From Daphnia carinata (taxonomy: Eukaryota): a stretch of DNA of 64,000 bases. The notes under the pieces were generated by a model. That model saw only the letters and a list, made by a program, of their open reading frames with translations, did no database searches and was not told the DNA's origin. A program made the position numbers and the translations under genes. Numbering within the stretch: position 1 is the stretch's first letter; each line of letters starts with the position of its first letter. Location: the NCBI RefSeq assembly GCF_022539665.2, contig NC_081332.1, positions 496,001 through 560,000 of the forward strand, in the 5' to 3' direction. Of this stretch, positions 1 through 11,470 are shown one piece after another.

Positions 1-2400
1 AGAATAACAAATTGGAGGCTGCGCTTGTTCCAAATTATGCCGCTGAAATTTACGACAATCCGATTGCGTATGACCCCGAAAACCGCAGAAGTTGCAAGTT
101 ATTACATTTTGAGTAGGCCTATTATTTGCATCAGCACCAGATTTTGGGAAGGGCTGCGTGTAATTTGTAGGCCTATTTTGGTTCCTCTTTGGTAAGGGTG
201 TGTGTTGCTCTGGGGGCGTGAAGGGTTTGGTCTCCAGTTTCTTTCCCGATTGACACTATCTGTTTGAAACGATACCCTTTTCTTATACGGGGCACCCGCC
301 GAAGAAGAAACATTATCCCTCTTATCAAGTTGGAGTTGTTTGACCGCCTGACTGAGCTCGTGCAGTGCATCTTTAATTTCATCCCTCTCCGATTTCGGAG
401 TGTCTACGTTCTTATTCCCTTGACGTATATTAGCGACGGCATGACTGACTATTGCCTTCTGATCAATTAACATTTGTTTAATCTCATTCAATTCTGAATT
501 TTCTACATCTTCCGACTCGTCAATTGCCCTAACAAACTCATGTTTTTCACGGTCAGAGTCAAGTGCCTCCAAGCGAACAGCATAAACACGTGCCGCTGCA
601 ACCAGTGCGTTAAAGTCACCAAATTCTTTGTACCGTACCTACCTGCCGTACCAGCCTGCAATTTTGAATCCAAACCTTCTATAAAATTTTGCATAAGAAT
701 AACTGAAAAGGATCGCTCGGCATAGCCTACAGGATACGCTTTCTTAAAGATTTCCTGAAGACGGTGCGCATAATCAATTATTTTTTCGCCCGGTTTACGT
801 TTAGCCTTATTAAATTTTTTAATGTACAGGTCGACGTTTTCGTCCCCAAGAAAGTGGTCGAGTAAAGCTTCATTGACAGACGTATAGTCATTAGGATGTT
901 CCGTAATAATATGTTGTACCACGGAAAGAGCCTTATCAGTCATTTTAGCTCGCAGCATCTGAATAATCTTCTCTTTTGACCATCCTAACCCTTCGACTAT
1001 GCTTTCAAAGTTCTCAAGCCAGGAGTCAAAACGAGAAATTGGACTGCCCGAAAAAGAAGAAAGCAATTGTAAGCGCGAAAAAGTATGTTGATTTGTCTGA
1101 AAATCGTTTAAGTCGTTGACTGTGGCTGCACGTGACGGGAATAACGATCTAGCCATGTTCGAATTAAATATGGGGAATTTCAAAATTCGCTGTGGATTCT
1201 GAGGGAGTTTTGGAATGCTATCCAAAATTGCCTGATACCCTCTAGTATCTCTTCCGGTTGGCTGGAGGGATGGATGTGAGGAGAGAGTTGAAAGATTGAC
1301 TGTCTGCAACGTCGGTTTCTTCTGCGTGTCCTTCTCTTCTTCGGAGTATTTTCCGACAGCGGCGATGTTTGTTGGATCGGTGTGGCTTGTTGTTGTGTGT
1401 TGTTCGTTTGTATGCACAACAGCGCTTGTCTTACTTGTATTTCCGTTTGCGTGATTATTGGCTTAATGTCCCTCGCCCGCTTTGCGTAGAATGGGTTGTT
1501 GGCTGCCGGAAAATTGTTCAGTTTGTCCAAAAGGAATAAGATTTCTGGCTGTAGCACCTCAAAATTGTTGATTAGTTGTAGTTTCTTTAAGTACGACGCT
1601 AGGTTGGCCACTTCTTTCGGGAATGCTCGTTGTGACGCCAGTAAGATTTCTTCCAGATGAAGTGATGTGTCGGTCACCACGATGATTATTTTCACGTATC
1701 TGCCGTCCTCATCTCTGTCGGTGATGTCCCTTCTGGGAACGAACCCGAATAGTTCCGGTCTCTTGTTGGTGTGATCTCTTGCAGGTCTATTATGTTGTAA
1801 ATTTGTTCGTGTAGGCAAGTCAAAACCTGTCTCGCGTGCCGCGTGAAAATTTCCTTGAGCACCGTCACGATTTCCACTGTCTGCTTCTTCGTCTTCTTCG
1901 TAATCAGTCCACTGGTTTTCACTTCCAGAATGGATGTCAGGTACTTGAGGAGAGTCTTCGGTTGTTTCCAGTCCGTCTGAGTTGGTTGTTCCACGTGATA
2001 ATTCCTCTGAATGTCGAACATCAACTGGATAAGGTGATCCCAGATTTTCGGGTCCCTCGACTGAAAATCCGCCTCCCTCTCCTTGAGGCTTCGGATGGCT
2101 AGTAGTGGGAATGGTAGCTGGCTCCTTGGTGTCGGAAAGATGGTGTCCTCGTTCTTCTTGACTTCTTGAAAAAGATGCTTGAGACTCACGTTGAGCTGTT
2201 CTTCCATTGGCTGTTTTCTTTTTCGAAAAAAGACTCGAATAGGCAGTCGAGAAAGTTTTGGTGGGAGATGTTTGTTGCGAAACGGACTTTTTTGGCGAAA
2301 GACGGTGTACTAATTGGGCTAGAAGGGAAGGTGATTTTCTAACAGTCAGTCAGAAGTGTTAGCTTTGTTTTGGGCCTGAGGTTTGCAAACGTTTGAAATG
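1..2400 (-). mobile_element. Ty3/gypsy family A copy 1 (gag region; continues off the left edge)
   Basis: Frameshifted ORFs 1692-2207, 1180-1818, 503-1417 and 102-572; homologous DNA at 10200-11177/17584-17830 and 20290-21700. Confidence 0.85.
102..2207 (-). pseudogene. gag: gag of family A (long N-terminal extension plus capsid-like domain), frameshifted
   Basis: Retrotransposon-gag-like segment FSGSPISRFDSWLENFESIVEGLGWSKEKIIQMLRAKMTDKAL...KRKPGEKIIDYAHRLQEIFKKAYP...NFIEGL. Confidence 0.8.
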
Positions 2401-2559
2401 TCTATTCCTGATACCAACTCGTATGCAGAATTCGATCTTAATTTCCTAGTCTGAGAACTATCTGGAATTGCTTTCGGCTTAAAAACAGGAGAAGAGGGAA
2501 CAGGAAATCGCTGCCACCATTATGTAAAGCATCTTCCGTGGGAGGAAGACTAACTTTAC

Positions 2560-2736
2560 GAATTTAAAACGATTAAAATAAATGAACTCGGAGGCGTTGT
2601 ACCCACAACGATGATTATATTTTTCCAAGTTCAGCACGATAGTACAAGAAGGGTTCGGAATAAGACATAAGGAGTCGTACCGAAGAAAGGGAACCGAAAG
2701 TGTAATATGACACCTTAGTGTTGATCTCGAATATAT
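2560..2736 (-). repeat. Family A 5' leader fragment
   Basis: actcggaggcgttgtacccacaacgatga...aagacataagga...gggaaccgaaagtg aligns to 24970-25095 and weakly to 17860-17915. Confidence 0.65.
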
Positions 2737-2822
2737 TGTCGCGCTGTCGACCAAAACTAAAACTTGAGCTAGAGAAGGTAAGAGTGTATTCAGCTACTGT
2801 ACATTGCTACAGTACCAACAAG
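2737..2822 (-). repeat. Truncated 3' LTR of B copy 1
   Basis: tgtcgcgctgtcgaccaaaactaa...cagtaccaacaag is nearly identical to 5171-5256. Confidence 0.9.
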
Positions 2823-3344
2823 GACCGGAGCCACCACCACCGGGCGGATCCGGTCCTTTATCTGCTGTCGTCCTTCAGTGGTTTGCTGCTTCCCCGCGAC
2901 GACGCAATCTTGGGTCCCAATTTGAAATTTGTCGTCTCCAACGTAAGGCTTTTGGTCACCTAGCCGGAAATCCAGACGGCTGGCGGCCAGCTCAGTCACC
3001 ATTGTCCAGATCTATTCGTTGAAGGTGACCTCTCCTTTCTTGGGAACGGCGACGTTACCTCTGACTACGAAATCGGAGACCGGGGGTACCCCGGCCACTG
3101 TCATCAGGAGAAACAACTGTGCTAACAGGCCCAGCCTGTAACGAAGGGGAGGTCGCCGGTTACGTTGGGAGCGGTTCCGTGTTCTTTCTTCGTAGGTCTC
3201 CGGAGCCCGGGCTCCCTCGATTCCTTCCACTGTGGTCGATTCTGGTCCCTTCGGCACCTTAGCCGGAGTATGGACTCTTGGGGGGTTCGCCGTCAGCGCC
3301 CCACGATCCTCCAACCCTAGGTCTGAAGTTATGCGCTCCACCAA
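2823..3344 (-). pseudogene. env: Integrase C-terminal tail fused in frame to env signal peptide and N-terminus (B copy 1)
   Basis: RSQRNRRPPLRY (basic integrase-tail-like motif) runs without a stop into RLGLLAQLFLLMTVAG-VPPVSDFVVRGNVAVPKKGEVTFNE*IWTMVTEL; homologous to 12900-13400. Confidence 0.75.
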
Positions 3345-3459
3345 CTGGAAAAACTTCTTCCTTCACCCGCACCAGTGGTCGCTCGAGGGATTCGGTTTCC
3401 AGAGTAATCGCTCCGAGTCGGCGCCCACCTAGGCTGACAAGCGGGTCCTGGTCTTGCCT

Positions 3460-4765
3460 TTACTGAACCTTCAGCGTCTCGAATTGCTCGAGAAAGTCGT
3501 TTCCAAGGAGAAGTTTCACTCCTTTCATGTCAAAGACGACGGCCGTTCCTTTCGCTGTCGGAGCTCCTTTGTTAACCTCTAAATAGGTCGAGCCGCGTGC
3601 CTGCGCCGCCATTCCATTTGCGAGTAAAAGCCGAGGCCCGTGCCATGGAACCACCTTGCAGAGAAGTTTGGCTGCCAAACGGGGGGTTATGATGGTAACG
3701 GCAGCCCCGGTGTCGATAATGACGTCGACCGGTTCGCCGTGGCACATCATTCGCTAAGTGACTACGGTTCCGGTTCCTAGAACACACCGTACTTGGACGT
3801 CAGGCGTCGGTCCACTGCTCCCCAACTTGTCGTCCAAGAGCGTGGTTAAAGCCCGAACCGGGACAAAGTCTATCCTGGCGAACTCTCTGTTGGTCGTTCC
3901 CGAGTCATTTTGCTCCCGTTCCTGTTTACCGGGACAGTTCCTAGCAATATGCCCCGGCCTGTCGCAGTGGTAGCAGATGGGACGTTCGCCTGACGTGCGG
4001 CCGCTCGGGCGAGTTTGCATCGCCGTTTCCCTCTCATGAAACTGCTGCTGCGCGGTGAGATTACCCACCTGCCCCTGAAGATCGCGGATGGCTTGTAGAA
4101 GCTCGTGGTTCGCAATTTCGGCAGGAGGAAAGGCGGCAACCGGCACTCCACGATCCGCCGACCGCAAGGGCGAAAATACTCGATCACTGCGATAGGTCCG
4201 TACCATGGTCTCCTCCTGCCTTCGTAAGCATTCTAAAAACTCGACGCTTGTTCTATGATTATATGGACAAATCTTTCTACTATTATCGGTTTTAAACCGC
4301 GATACAGGGTTCGACTTTTGCCGCTTCGGTCATATCAGGGTCTACCTTTCGACATAACTTCAGGACGTCGTAGAAATAATCGATGGGCGATTCATCGAAC
4401 TGCTGGACTCGCCTCCGCAACCTGTTCTCTTGAAAGATGGCCTGGCTGCCATTCAGGAACGCTCTTAAGAAAAGGGTCCGTAACCCCGGGACGGCCGGTC
4501 CAGCATTCCCAGCCCGTGGCGCTTCATCATGCCAGGTTGTAGGCCTTCGGTCGAGGCAAAGATACCAGTTCCTGGCTGTGTCCTCCAAGTACATCTCCAG
4601 ATTTATCCTTAAGTCGTCATCAGTCCAGCGGTTGATGTCTCCCGCCGCCTCATAGCGTGAAAGCCAGCCAATCACATCATCACCCTCCCTGCCCGTGAAG
4701 ATGGGTGGGGCCCTGAATTGTAGCTGCGGTCTTACTACCGCTCTCTCGTGAGCGCGTGGGGGCAA
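3460..4765 (-). pseudogene. gag: gag-protease of B copy 1
   Basis: PPIFTGREGDDVIGWLSRYE (capsid-like), CYHCDRPGHIARNC zinc knuckle, VIIDTGAAVT aspartic protease. The gag 3' part and PR share one frame; the TAG at 3754-3756 is AAG in copy 2. Confidence 0.9.
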
Positions 4766-5154
4766 CTATCCTGAAATCTCCCAAGGTCGCCGTCTCCGTC
4801 CCCTGTTCTTTCTTCCTGTCCCCGCAAGCCGACACCTCCAAAGCGCTATTTGCGTCACGCACCTCTCCCACGAAGTGGGACACCTCAGCACCGAACCCGC
4901 TGCCCTGTAAACGATCACGCCCACCACCCACCGGTCGATTTTCCACGTCTGTCTGTGAGTCTTCCCAACCACAGGTGTCCATCGACACAACAACTACGTT
5001 CTCCGTCAGTGGCGGTAGGTCAGGCAAACGTCGACTCCCCAAGCGACACCGCACTGTACTCTGCCCACCCTTTCCACTGGACATCAACCCACTAAAACTT
5101 CTTAGCTCAAATGAAAAAAGTCACGATGGTACCCTTTAAAAACTTCTAAAGGGC

Positions 5155-5168
5155 CTGCATTTCCACCA
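5155..5168 (-). promoter_or_regulatory. Primer binding site, tRNA-Ala-like
   Basis: Minus strand TGGTGGAAATGCAG lies 2 nt after the LTR end and resembles the complement of the tRNA-Ala 3' end (TGGTGGAGATGC); degenerate copy at about 17475-17488. Confidence 0.75.
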
Positions 5169-5170
5169 TT

Positions 5171-5437
5171 TGTCGCGCTGTCGACCAAAACTAACACTTG
5201 AGCTAGAGAAGTTAAGAGTGTATTCTACTACTGTACACTACTACAGTACCAACAAGACTGACTAAAGTTAAATCGGCCAGTTCCCCACGATGCCATCGAT
5301 AGCCCGACTCCAGCCGGATGGGATCCCGGTCTCCATCCCTTCACCCCACTCTCCTATAACGCTGACCGATCATCCTTCGATCACCCCGTTCTCATATATG
5401 CGGTCATATAACGCTGACCCATCTCGCTGGTGTGACA
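5171..5437 (-). repeat. 5' LTR of B copy 1 (267 bp)
   Basis: TG...CA termini with short inverted repeat, adjacent PBS, homologous to 11178-11456. Confidence 0.9.
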
Positions 5438-6566
5438 TGATGGACAGAACAATTTTGCTGTATTGAAACACAACACGGTACCGGTATCAAATGGCAGTCT
5501 AGTTGATTTTTGTGGTCTTGGAGTCTGAAACATTTTTTCTCCCCTGGTAGTTGAGTCAGCAGGCCGGTGCCATCTTCGAGAAGATTGGTAATTAATTTGT
5601 TTTTTTGTGTGTAGGTTTTGTCCCAAATCAGGGTTATGTGATTATGTGACAAATTGTCTGACGCAGGGTTGCAACTGTTGCCCTCTGTTGTCTGTCTCAA
5701 GTGCTGCCATCTTTTCCTAACTTTGTTACCATGTTCTGTTTTCGTTATTGCTGTTTCCCCCCTAGAGGTCAGGTCGAACGTGAGTCGACCTCTGGCCTCT
5801 CTTTTATTCAGACTGGGACTCGGGATTTGGCCCGATGTCCGACAGGACGTTAAGAGGGGGCTCTGCCGTTGGCTGGCCGCACTCGCGTTAGTCCTTTAAG
5901 AATGAGCTCTGCGTGACTGCTGGCTTCCCTTCGCGATTGTGTTGTAAATAGTATTATGATATGTGTGTGTTTTGTATAATGTCTTTGTTGTACTTCTTTG
6001 TGCAATTGTGTTGGTATATAAATGGAAGAAACTGTAACAGCAGCAGAAGCAGTTCCGATAGGTGTTGAAAAATCCGCATCATCCTTTTGCTGGAAAGTTG
6101 AATTTTTTCAAGAACACAGTTTTTAATTTCCGAATTGATTGTTTGTAGCCAATATCCAGAAATATCTGGCTTATTGTCGAACACAAATTTTCCGTCTGAA
6201 AAAGTCAGTCGATTATCGTTGCACCTTTTATTGTCAATCATTTCGTTGCACTCTACGGGTGTTGTAGATGAAAATTTTGTCCGAAACTGCCACTAGATGT
6301 CCTAAAAAATTCATTGTGATATGTCTGATATTTTTCCAACGCGCACAAATATATCCCGGAAACTTGATTGCAGCTCGTTCTTCACTATATACTGCATATT
6401 TCACACTGATGGCTTTATTATCGGTAGATGTCTGTTGGCAATTCGTGTCAGAGAATTGAAGAATTCCCATTTTCAACGGCTCTGAGCAATCGCACACGGT
6501 CGTTACAAATGCTCGCGGGTGTAATCTGTGAAGGCATAATAGCAACAAAAATAGAAATGGGGACAT
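5438..6566 (-). pseudogene. env: env-like glycoprotein, class III fusion-protein-like, N-terminal half
   Basis: Signal peptide MSPFLFLLLLCL, then TVCDCSEP..GILQFSDTNC..FPGYICARWKNIRHITMNFLG..TTPVECNEMIDNKRCN..KPDISGYWLQTINSEIKNCVLEKIQL..TPIGTASAASDNLSHNHITLIWD (after removing the solo LTR and two frameshifts); located downstream of integrase. Confidence 0.7.
5667..6039. mobile_element. Solo LTR inserted in the family A env
   Basis: (g)GTTGCA...TGTAACA termini, 4-bp TSD GCAG (5663-5666 / 6040-6043); excision restores the env frame GTASAASDNLSHNH. Confidence 0.8.
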
Positions 6567-7756
6567 TTCTATATACAAGAGGTATATAGATACATACAAA
6601 ACAATACATAACAATGCATACAAAAATAAAAGTAAACAATGAAACTGACAAAAATTTTTAACTTCATCATGTGGGTTTTTTAAAACTTAATAGAATCAAA
6701 TATATAAAAGAAAAAAGTAAGAAAGTAAAAGTGAAGAATATTCTACGACTTTTTGAAAGGTGAACAACTTTCCCGTCGGCTTTTACTAGCTGGCTACGGC
6801 AAAAAGGGAGAAAAATATAGGGCACTGGAATATAAACTGCAGTGAAAACGAAAGGGAAAGTGAACAGTAATGTGTGAGCTATCGGGACTATAATGTAAGA
6901 GTCGGAGCTACGTTTTTGTGAATTTTGTGGAGTGTATAAGAAAAAGAAAGGTACAAGAAATAAGAAAAAGAGAACACAAGGGAATTTAACAGCGTGGTTC
7001 AGAAAATTTATCATTCGTATTTTATTAATGGTATTGTTTGTGTATATTGGGATATATGATTGTCAAAGGGAATTTCTACTGATACAAAAGGGAGCTATTT
7101 CAATTGTGACTACCAAATTGTTATACTGTGTAACTTGTTCATTGTTTTTTATGAAAGTAAAATATAACTCAAGATCTTATTACCAAAATCGAAACTTAGT
7201 TAATTCTTACTCAAATGACTTTACGTTTCAAAATCTATAATGGCTCTGGTATTTTATGGTATAAAAGCAGAAAAATGAATATGGGGCATAAATTGAAAAG
7301 GGGAACAAAGTAAATGTATATGTAAGGATATATGGAGAACATAAGTAAAACAGTTATATAGGAAATGTTGTTTGTCAACATAACTAAGTTTATTATCATT
7401 AAAATCTTTTATTGGATATTTTATTCTTTTCCAAGATAACCTGTTTTCTTTTATTATTATTATTTTCTTTTTTTTATATAACGATTATAGGAATGATGAT
7501 ATACATCTTAAGTGTATATCTTATCATTATCCCCTTTATTTTTTTTTTGTAAGACGAATGATTTGTTTTCCTACTGTGTTTATTCTTTTTGGTTAAACAT
7601 ATAAAGATAAAAAAAGGTAGCTTAAGATACATAAAAAGCATAAAGAGGAAAAATCGTAAACATGAATTGAGTTGAGTTAAGAATAAGGGGAAAAGTCTCG
7701 AGATAGAGATGTACAAGAAATAAACACACTACACGAAATTTAAAATTTATGGAATT

Positions 7757-8212
7757 CTAGATGTTCCTAGTCGTATTTGGCCCTTTTGGCGTCAGGCGCC
7801 TCGTTGGGGTTTCTTTCGGTTGTTGTTTTCTTGGGCAGTCCCAGTGGCAGGAAGACCATCCGTAGAGGGGTGGATGTTGTCCTAGCCGGACCCAAATCCA
7901 GGACAAGTTTAGGTTGTTGATTGCTTCGCGCCATTCCGCCCTGTAAAGATTGTTGACGAGCTTGACCAGTAGCTCGTTTGTTTTTTCTTCCAAAATGTTC
8001 CTGACCTTCACCGCTCCTAGGTACCAGTCGTCTGAGTCTTCCATGTTTGAGGGCTCTGGCGAATTTCGGGCGACGGTATCTTCGTCGTCGGACGACGAAG
8101 GAAAAGTAAGGTCTACAACGACGACTTGCGGTAATGGAAGGGGAATTTCCACCATAGCGACCCATCCGGAACTGACTTCAGAGACACAAACGGGACGAAA
8201 ACTGTATGCCAT
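7757..8212 (-). CDS. Orphan accessory ORF (151 aa from MAYSF) between integrase and env
   Basis: Uninterrupted, GC-richer island beside an AT-rich spacer; aaaATGG start context; TATATAA at 8315-8321 on the same strand. Confidence 0.5.
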   Translation of the reverse strand: MAYSFRPVCVSEVSSGWVAMVEIPLPLPQVVVVDLTFPSSSDDEDTVARNSPEPSNMEDSDDWYLGAVKVRNILEEKTNELLVKLVNNLYRAEWREAINNLNLSWIWVRLGQHPPLYGWSSCHWDCPRKQQPKETPTRRLTPKGPNTTRNI

Positions 8213-8314
8213 TTTATCAAACAAAAGAAACAAAGTTCTTCAGAGTTTGGATTTAGGATTGTTGGTCTCCTAAGGGTATGAAGAAGCTGTAATTTACTTC
8301 ACTGGGCGCACAGC

Positions 8315-8321
8315 TTATATA
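8315..8321 (-). promoter_or_regulatory. Putative internal TATA box
   Basis: Minus strand ctacTATATAAgctg, about 105 nt upstream of the accessory ORF ATG and just after the pol stop region (8366). Confidence 0.4.
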
Positions 8322-8365
8322 GTAGTCCATTTGTTATTGTTTGAGAATTGCGCAGTTTGATGTCA

Positions 8366-10140
8366 TTACACTTCATCTCTGTAACGAATTGGTTTTCTCC
8401 TATTTCGTTGTAGACGTCGATTTACATTTTCTTGATGTGTTGATGCTGATGCCACATCATCTTTGGACTCAATTTGCTGAATTTCGGAATCCTTAGCGGC
8501 GTGTATAGGATCAAGTTTACAAATTGATGCTGGATAATGTTGATTTTTCGTAACGTCGTAATTGTCATTTGAAGGCAATAGGTCCTCGATCGGCAGATGA
8601 GATTGTCCGATCCTATTTTCTTCTAGCACAAGTTGTTGACCCATCGAATTGATTGGCTGTTATCAATTCTAACACGGCGTTGGATGCAATATTTTGTTGT
8701 CTTGTGGCTTCGTCATCGAGCTCCTGTTCAACAACTTCTGTTTTTTGAGTCGCAATTAACTTGCGGAATCGATTCTCAAATTCCGAGAGGATCTCAATTG
8801 GAGGGCAATGCTCATGTTTCCATAGCATTGTTTCGTACAAAGGTCTTAATCTATTTACATGCGTACGCTGACATATATACGAATATCAGCGATGTCTACT
8901 GTATTATTAAAATAAACTTTTACTATTCTATAAGGCCCTAGGGTAAGCGTTCTGGTAAATTATCTATCAGAAGAGGATTTAAATGTTTTGAGAGATGCAT
9001 CAAGAAATTCGTTAATAGGAATATTGGGATCTCTACCGTGGAGTAAATAATTTGGGGTGTCGAGTGTCGAAGAGTGTACCGAGCTACGATAAGCGAACAA
9101 AACATCATCTAACATTTCATCCCAATTAGCATGTTCGCCGTCCTTTAATTCTTCTCCTGACATCGACGTTAAAGTTCGATTGAACCTTTCAGTCTCCTTT
9201 TTGATAGCTGGGCCATAAGCGGTAGTTAATGGCTGATCAATTTATAATTTTTTACAAAATAACGGAATAATTTTGACGTGAAATTTGTTCCACGATCGGA
9301 AAGGATAGCCTTAGGCATTCCATGTCTAACTATAATAGTCTTATATACACATTCTGCTGTTGTCTGTGCAGTTTGATCTTTCAAAGCAACAGCCTCAACC
9401 CAACGGCTAAAATAATCAGTAATAACTAAAATATAACTATTTCCATTGGGAGGTACTGGTGTAATAGGACCCAAAATGTCCATCCCAATTACTTAAAAAG
9501 GGGCCTTCGCAATTTCTTGTGGATGCTAAAGTACTCTATAAGTCGATGAAGTGTTAGCCATGCATACTTCACAATCCTGGCAATATTTTTTAGTATCGCC
9601 TCTCATCTTTGGCCAATGATAATTGTATTTGACTTTCATGTAAGGTTTATAAAAATGCTAAGTGTCCACCCATCGCAGCGTCGTGTAATTCTTTAAGCAC
9701 TAGATGGCGTAAAGATAATGGCAAAACTAATTGATGATGTGTCGTTCCTTTTGCTACTCTTAGACGGTATTTCCCATCTATATAGTGTTCCTTCAATCAT
9801 CTCAAAATGCTCAATTTCCTTTACCCCCCCAGGCTTCGATAGTGTAAAAATTTCATTCAGCTCCCCTTTCTCTAGATAATTCCTAATAGCTATACAAAGG
9901 TCATCCTCCAATTGTTTTTCGCAAATCAATTTCATTGATGAATTGATTGGATTGAAATGAACCTGTCACTTGCGCTGCAATTACTAGCGACGTCTGACGA
10001 GATAGCGTCGTCTTAGTTTTACTTCACTCTTACTCTTACTTTACTTCTGAAATACTCTCTCGTGAGTAATACTTTTAGACGCGCCTGTATCCAATAATGC
10101 TTGTAAGGGATCAGAAAATTTTTTAATGGAATTCTAAGGG
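8366..10140 (-). pseudogene. pol: pol remnant of A copy 2 (protease joined to integrase; RT/RH deleted)
   Basis: LQALLDTGASKS; HHCC (LHDAAMGGH...YCQDCEVC); MDILGP..ITDYFSRW..ILSDRGTNFTS; FAYRSSVHSST; tail RRLQRNRRKPIRY. Confidence 0.9.
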
Positions 10141-10684
10141 TCGATTCATCTGTTATGGTTGTTAACATCGTGACTAGTAGGATTTTCAAGTGAGGCTCCC
10201 TGTCAACTGACCCGAAGTTACAGTTGATACCTATTGTTTTCCCTGATGCTGAGGGGGACCTGGAATATTAGGCCTACTGGATCTGTACTTGGGACAGTTA
10301 TTCGATTTTTGACCAATCTCTCGGCAAGAATAACAAATTGGAGGCTGTCCTTGTTCCAAATTATGCCGTTGGAATTTACGGCACTCCGATTGAGTATGAC
10401 CGCGTTAACCGCAGAGATTGCAAGTTAATAGATTTTCAGCAGGCCTATTGTTTGAATCATTACCAGGTCGCGAAAAAGATGGTGTAAAGTTTGTAGGCCT
10501 ATTTTTATTCCTATCGCCTTGGTAGGTGTTGCTATTATTGTGGAGAGTTTGGTCTCCAGTTTTTTCCTCTACTGGCGCTATCTGTATCAAACAAGACGCT
10601 TTTCTTGTACGGGACACCCGGCGAAGAAGAAACCTTATCCCCCTTATCAATTTGGAATTGTTTGACCGCCTTATACCTTACTAT

Positions 10685-10999
10685 TGTTGCGTCTCTCGAA
10701 AGAGTAGCAATGGCTTTACAGATCGACGGTCTTAAAGCCCCTGGTTCCCCTGTCTTGACGAAATAATAAATAATAACGAAGTTTAAAGGACTGTATTAAA
10801 ACAGAACACACACGAAAACACTTCGTTTGATTTGGACAAGTTTGGAGGGGTTTTCGACAGCTATGTGTCGAGTACAATAAAAGAACACTGATCTGAATCG
10901 ACTTGAACATGCCCCAAGAAAACAAAAGAGAAAAAAAAGCTAATTAGGCGATAAGGGAGCCTCTACAGAGTCATACCCTTACCGATCAAATCGGTGACA
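10685..10999. mobile_element. Solo LTR (315 bp) inserted in A copy 2 gag
   Basis: TGTTGC...GTGACA termini; 5-bp TSD actat/acttt; removal restores LQAKVRYK. Confidence 0.75.
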
Positions 11000-11177
11000 A
11001 CTTTAGCCTGCAATTTCTAATCTTAGCCTTCGATGAACTTCTGCATAAGAATAATGGGAGAAGATTGCTCGGCATAGCCTACAGGATAAGTCTTTTTAAA
11101 AATTTCCTAAAGACCGTGAGCATAATCAATAATTTTTCCCTCTGGTTTACGTTAAGCCTTATTAAATTTTTTAATAT

Positions 11178-11456
11178 TGTCGCACTGTCGACCAAAAACT
11201 TGAACACACATCACGAACATTACTTGAACTAGAGAAGTTAAGAGTGTATTCAGCTACTGTACGCTAAAACAGTACCAACTAGACTGCTTAAAGTGAAATC
11301 GACCGGTTCCCCCCGATACGATCGATAGCCCGATTCCAGCCGGATGAAATCCGGTCACCATCCGTTCACACCAATCTCGTATAACACTAACCCATCCCGA
11401 TGGATGTAGCGTGATCGACTTGACACGCGAAGATGGCCGCTTCAATGGTCGCGACA
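11178..11456 (-). repeat. 3' LTR of B copy 2
   Basis: TGTCGC...GCGACA inverted termini; homologous to 5171-5437. Confidence 0.9.
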
Positions 11457-11470
11457 GATCCCCCTCCTCA
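11457..11470 (-). promoter_or_regulatory. Polypurine tract of B copy 2
   Basis: Minus strand TGAGGAGGGGGATC immediately precedes the 3' LTR. Confidence 0.85.

Larger units (their letters stand above)
2737..5437 (-). mobile_element. Ty3/gypsy family B copy 1, internally deleted (no RT/RH/IN core)
   Basis: Full LTR 5171-5437 (TGTCGC...GTGACA), truncated LTR 2737-2822, PBS, gag with CCHC knuckle, protease DTGA, env N-terminus. Confidence 0.9.

Noticed and set aside
3754..3756. TAG between gag and protease as programmed read-through
   Set aside because: Copy 2 has AAG at the homologous codon, so a point mutation is the simpler explanation.
6667..7716. Hydrophobic F/I/L-rich ORFs that look like membrane proteins
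   Set aside because: Artefact of the very AT-rich spacer between the accessory ORF and env.
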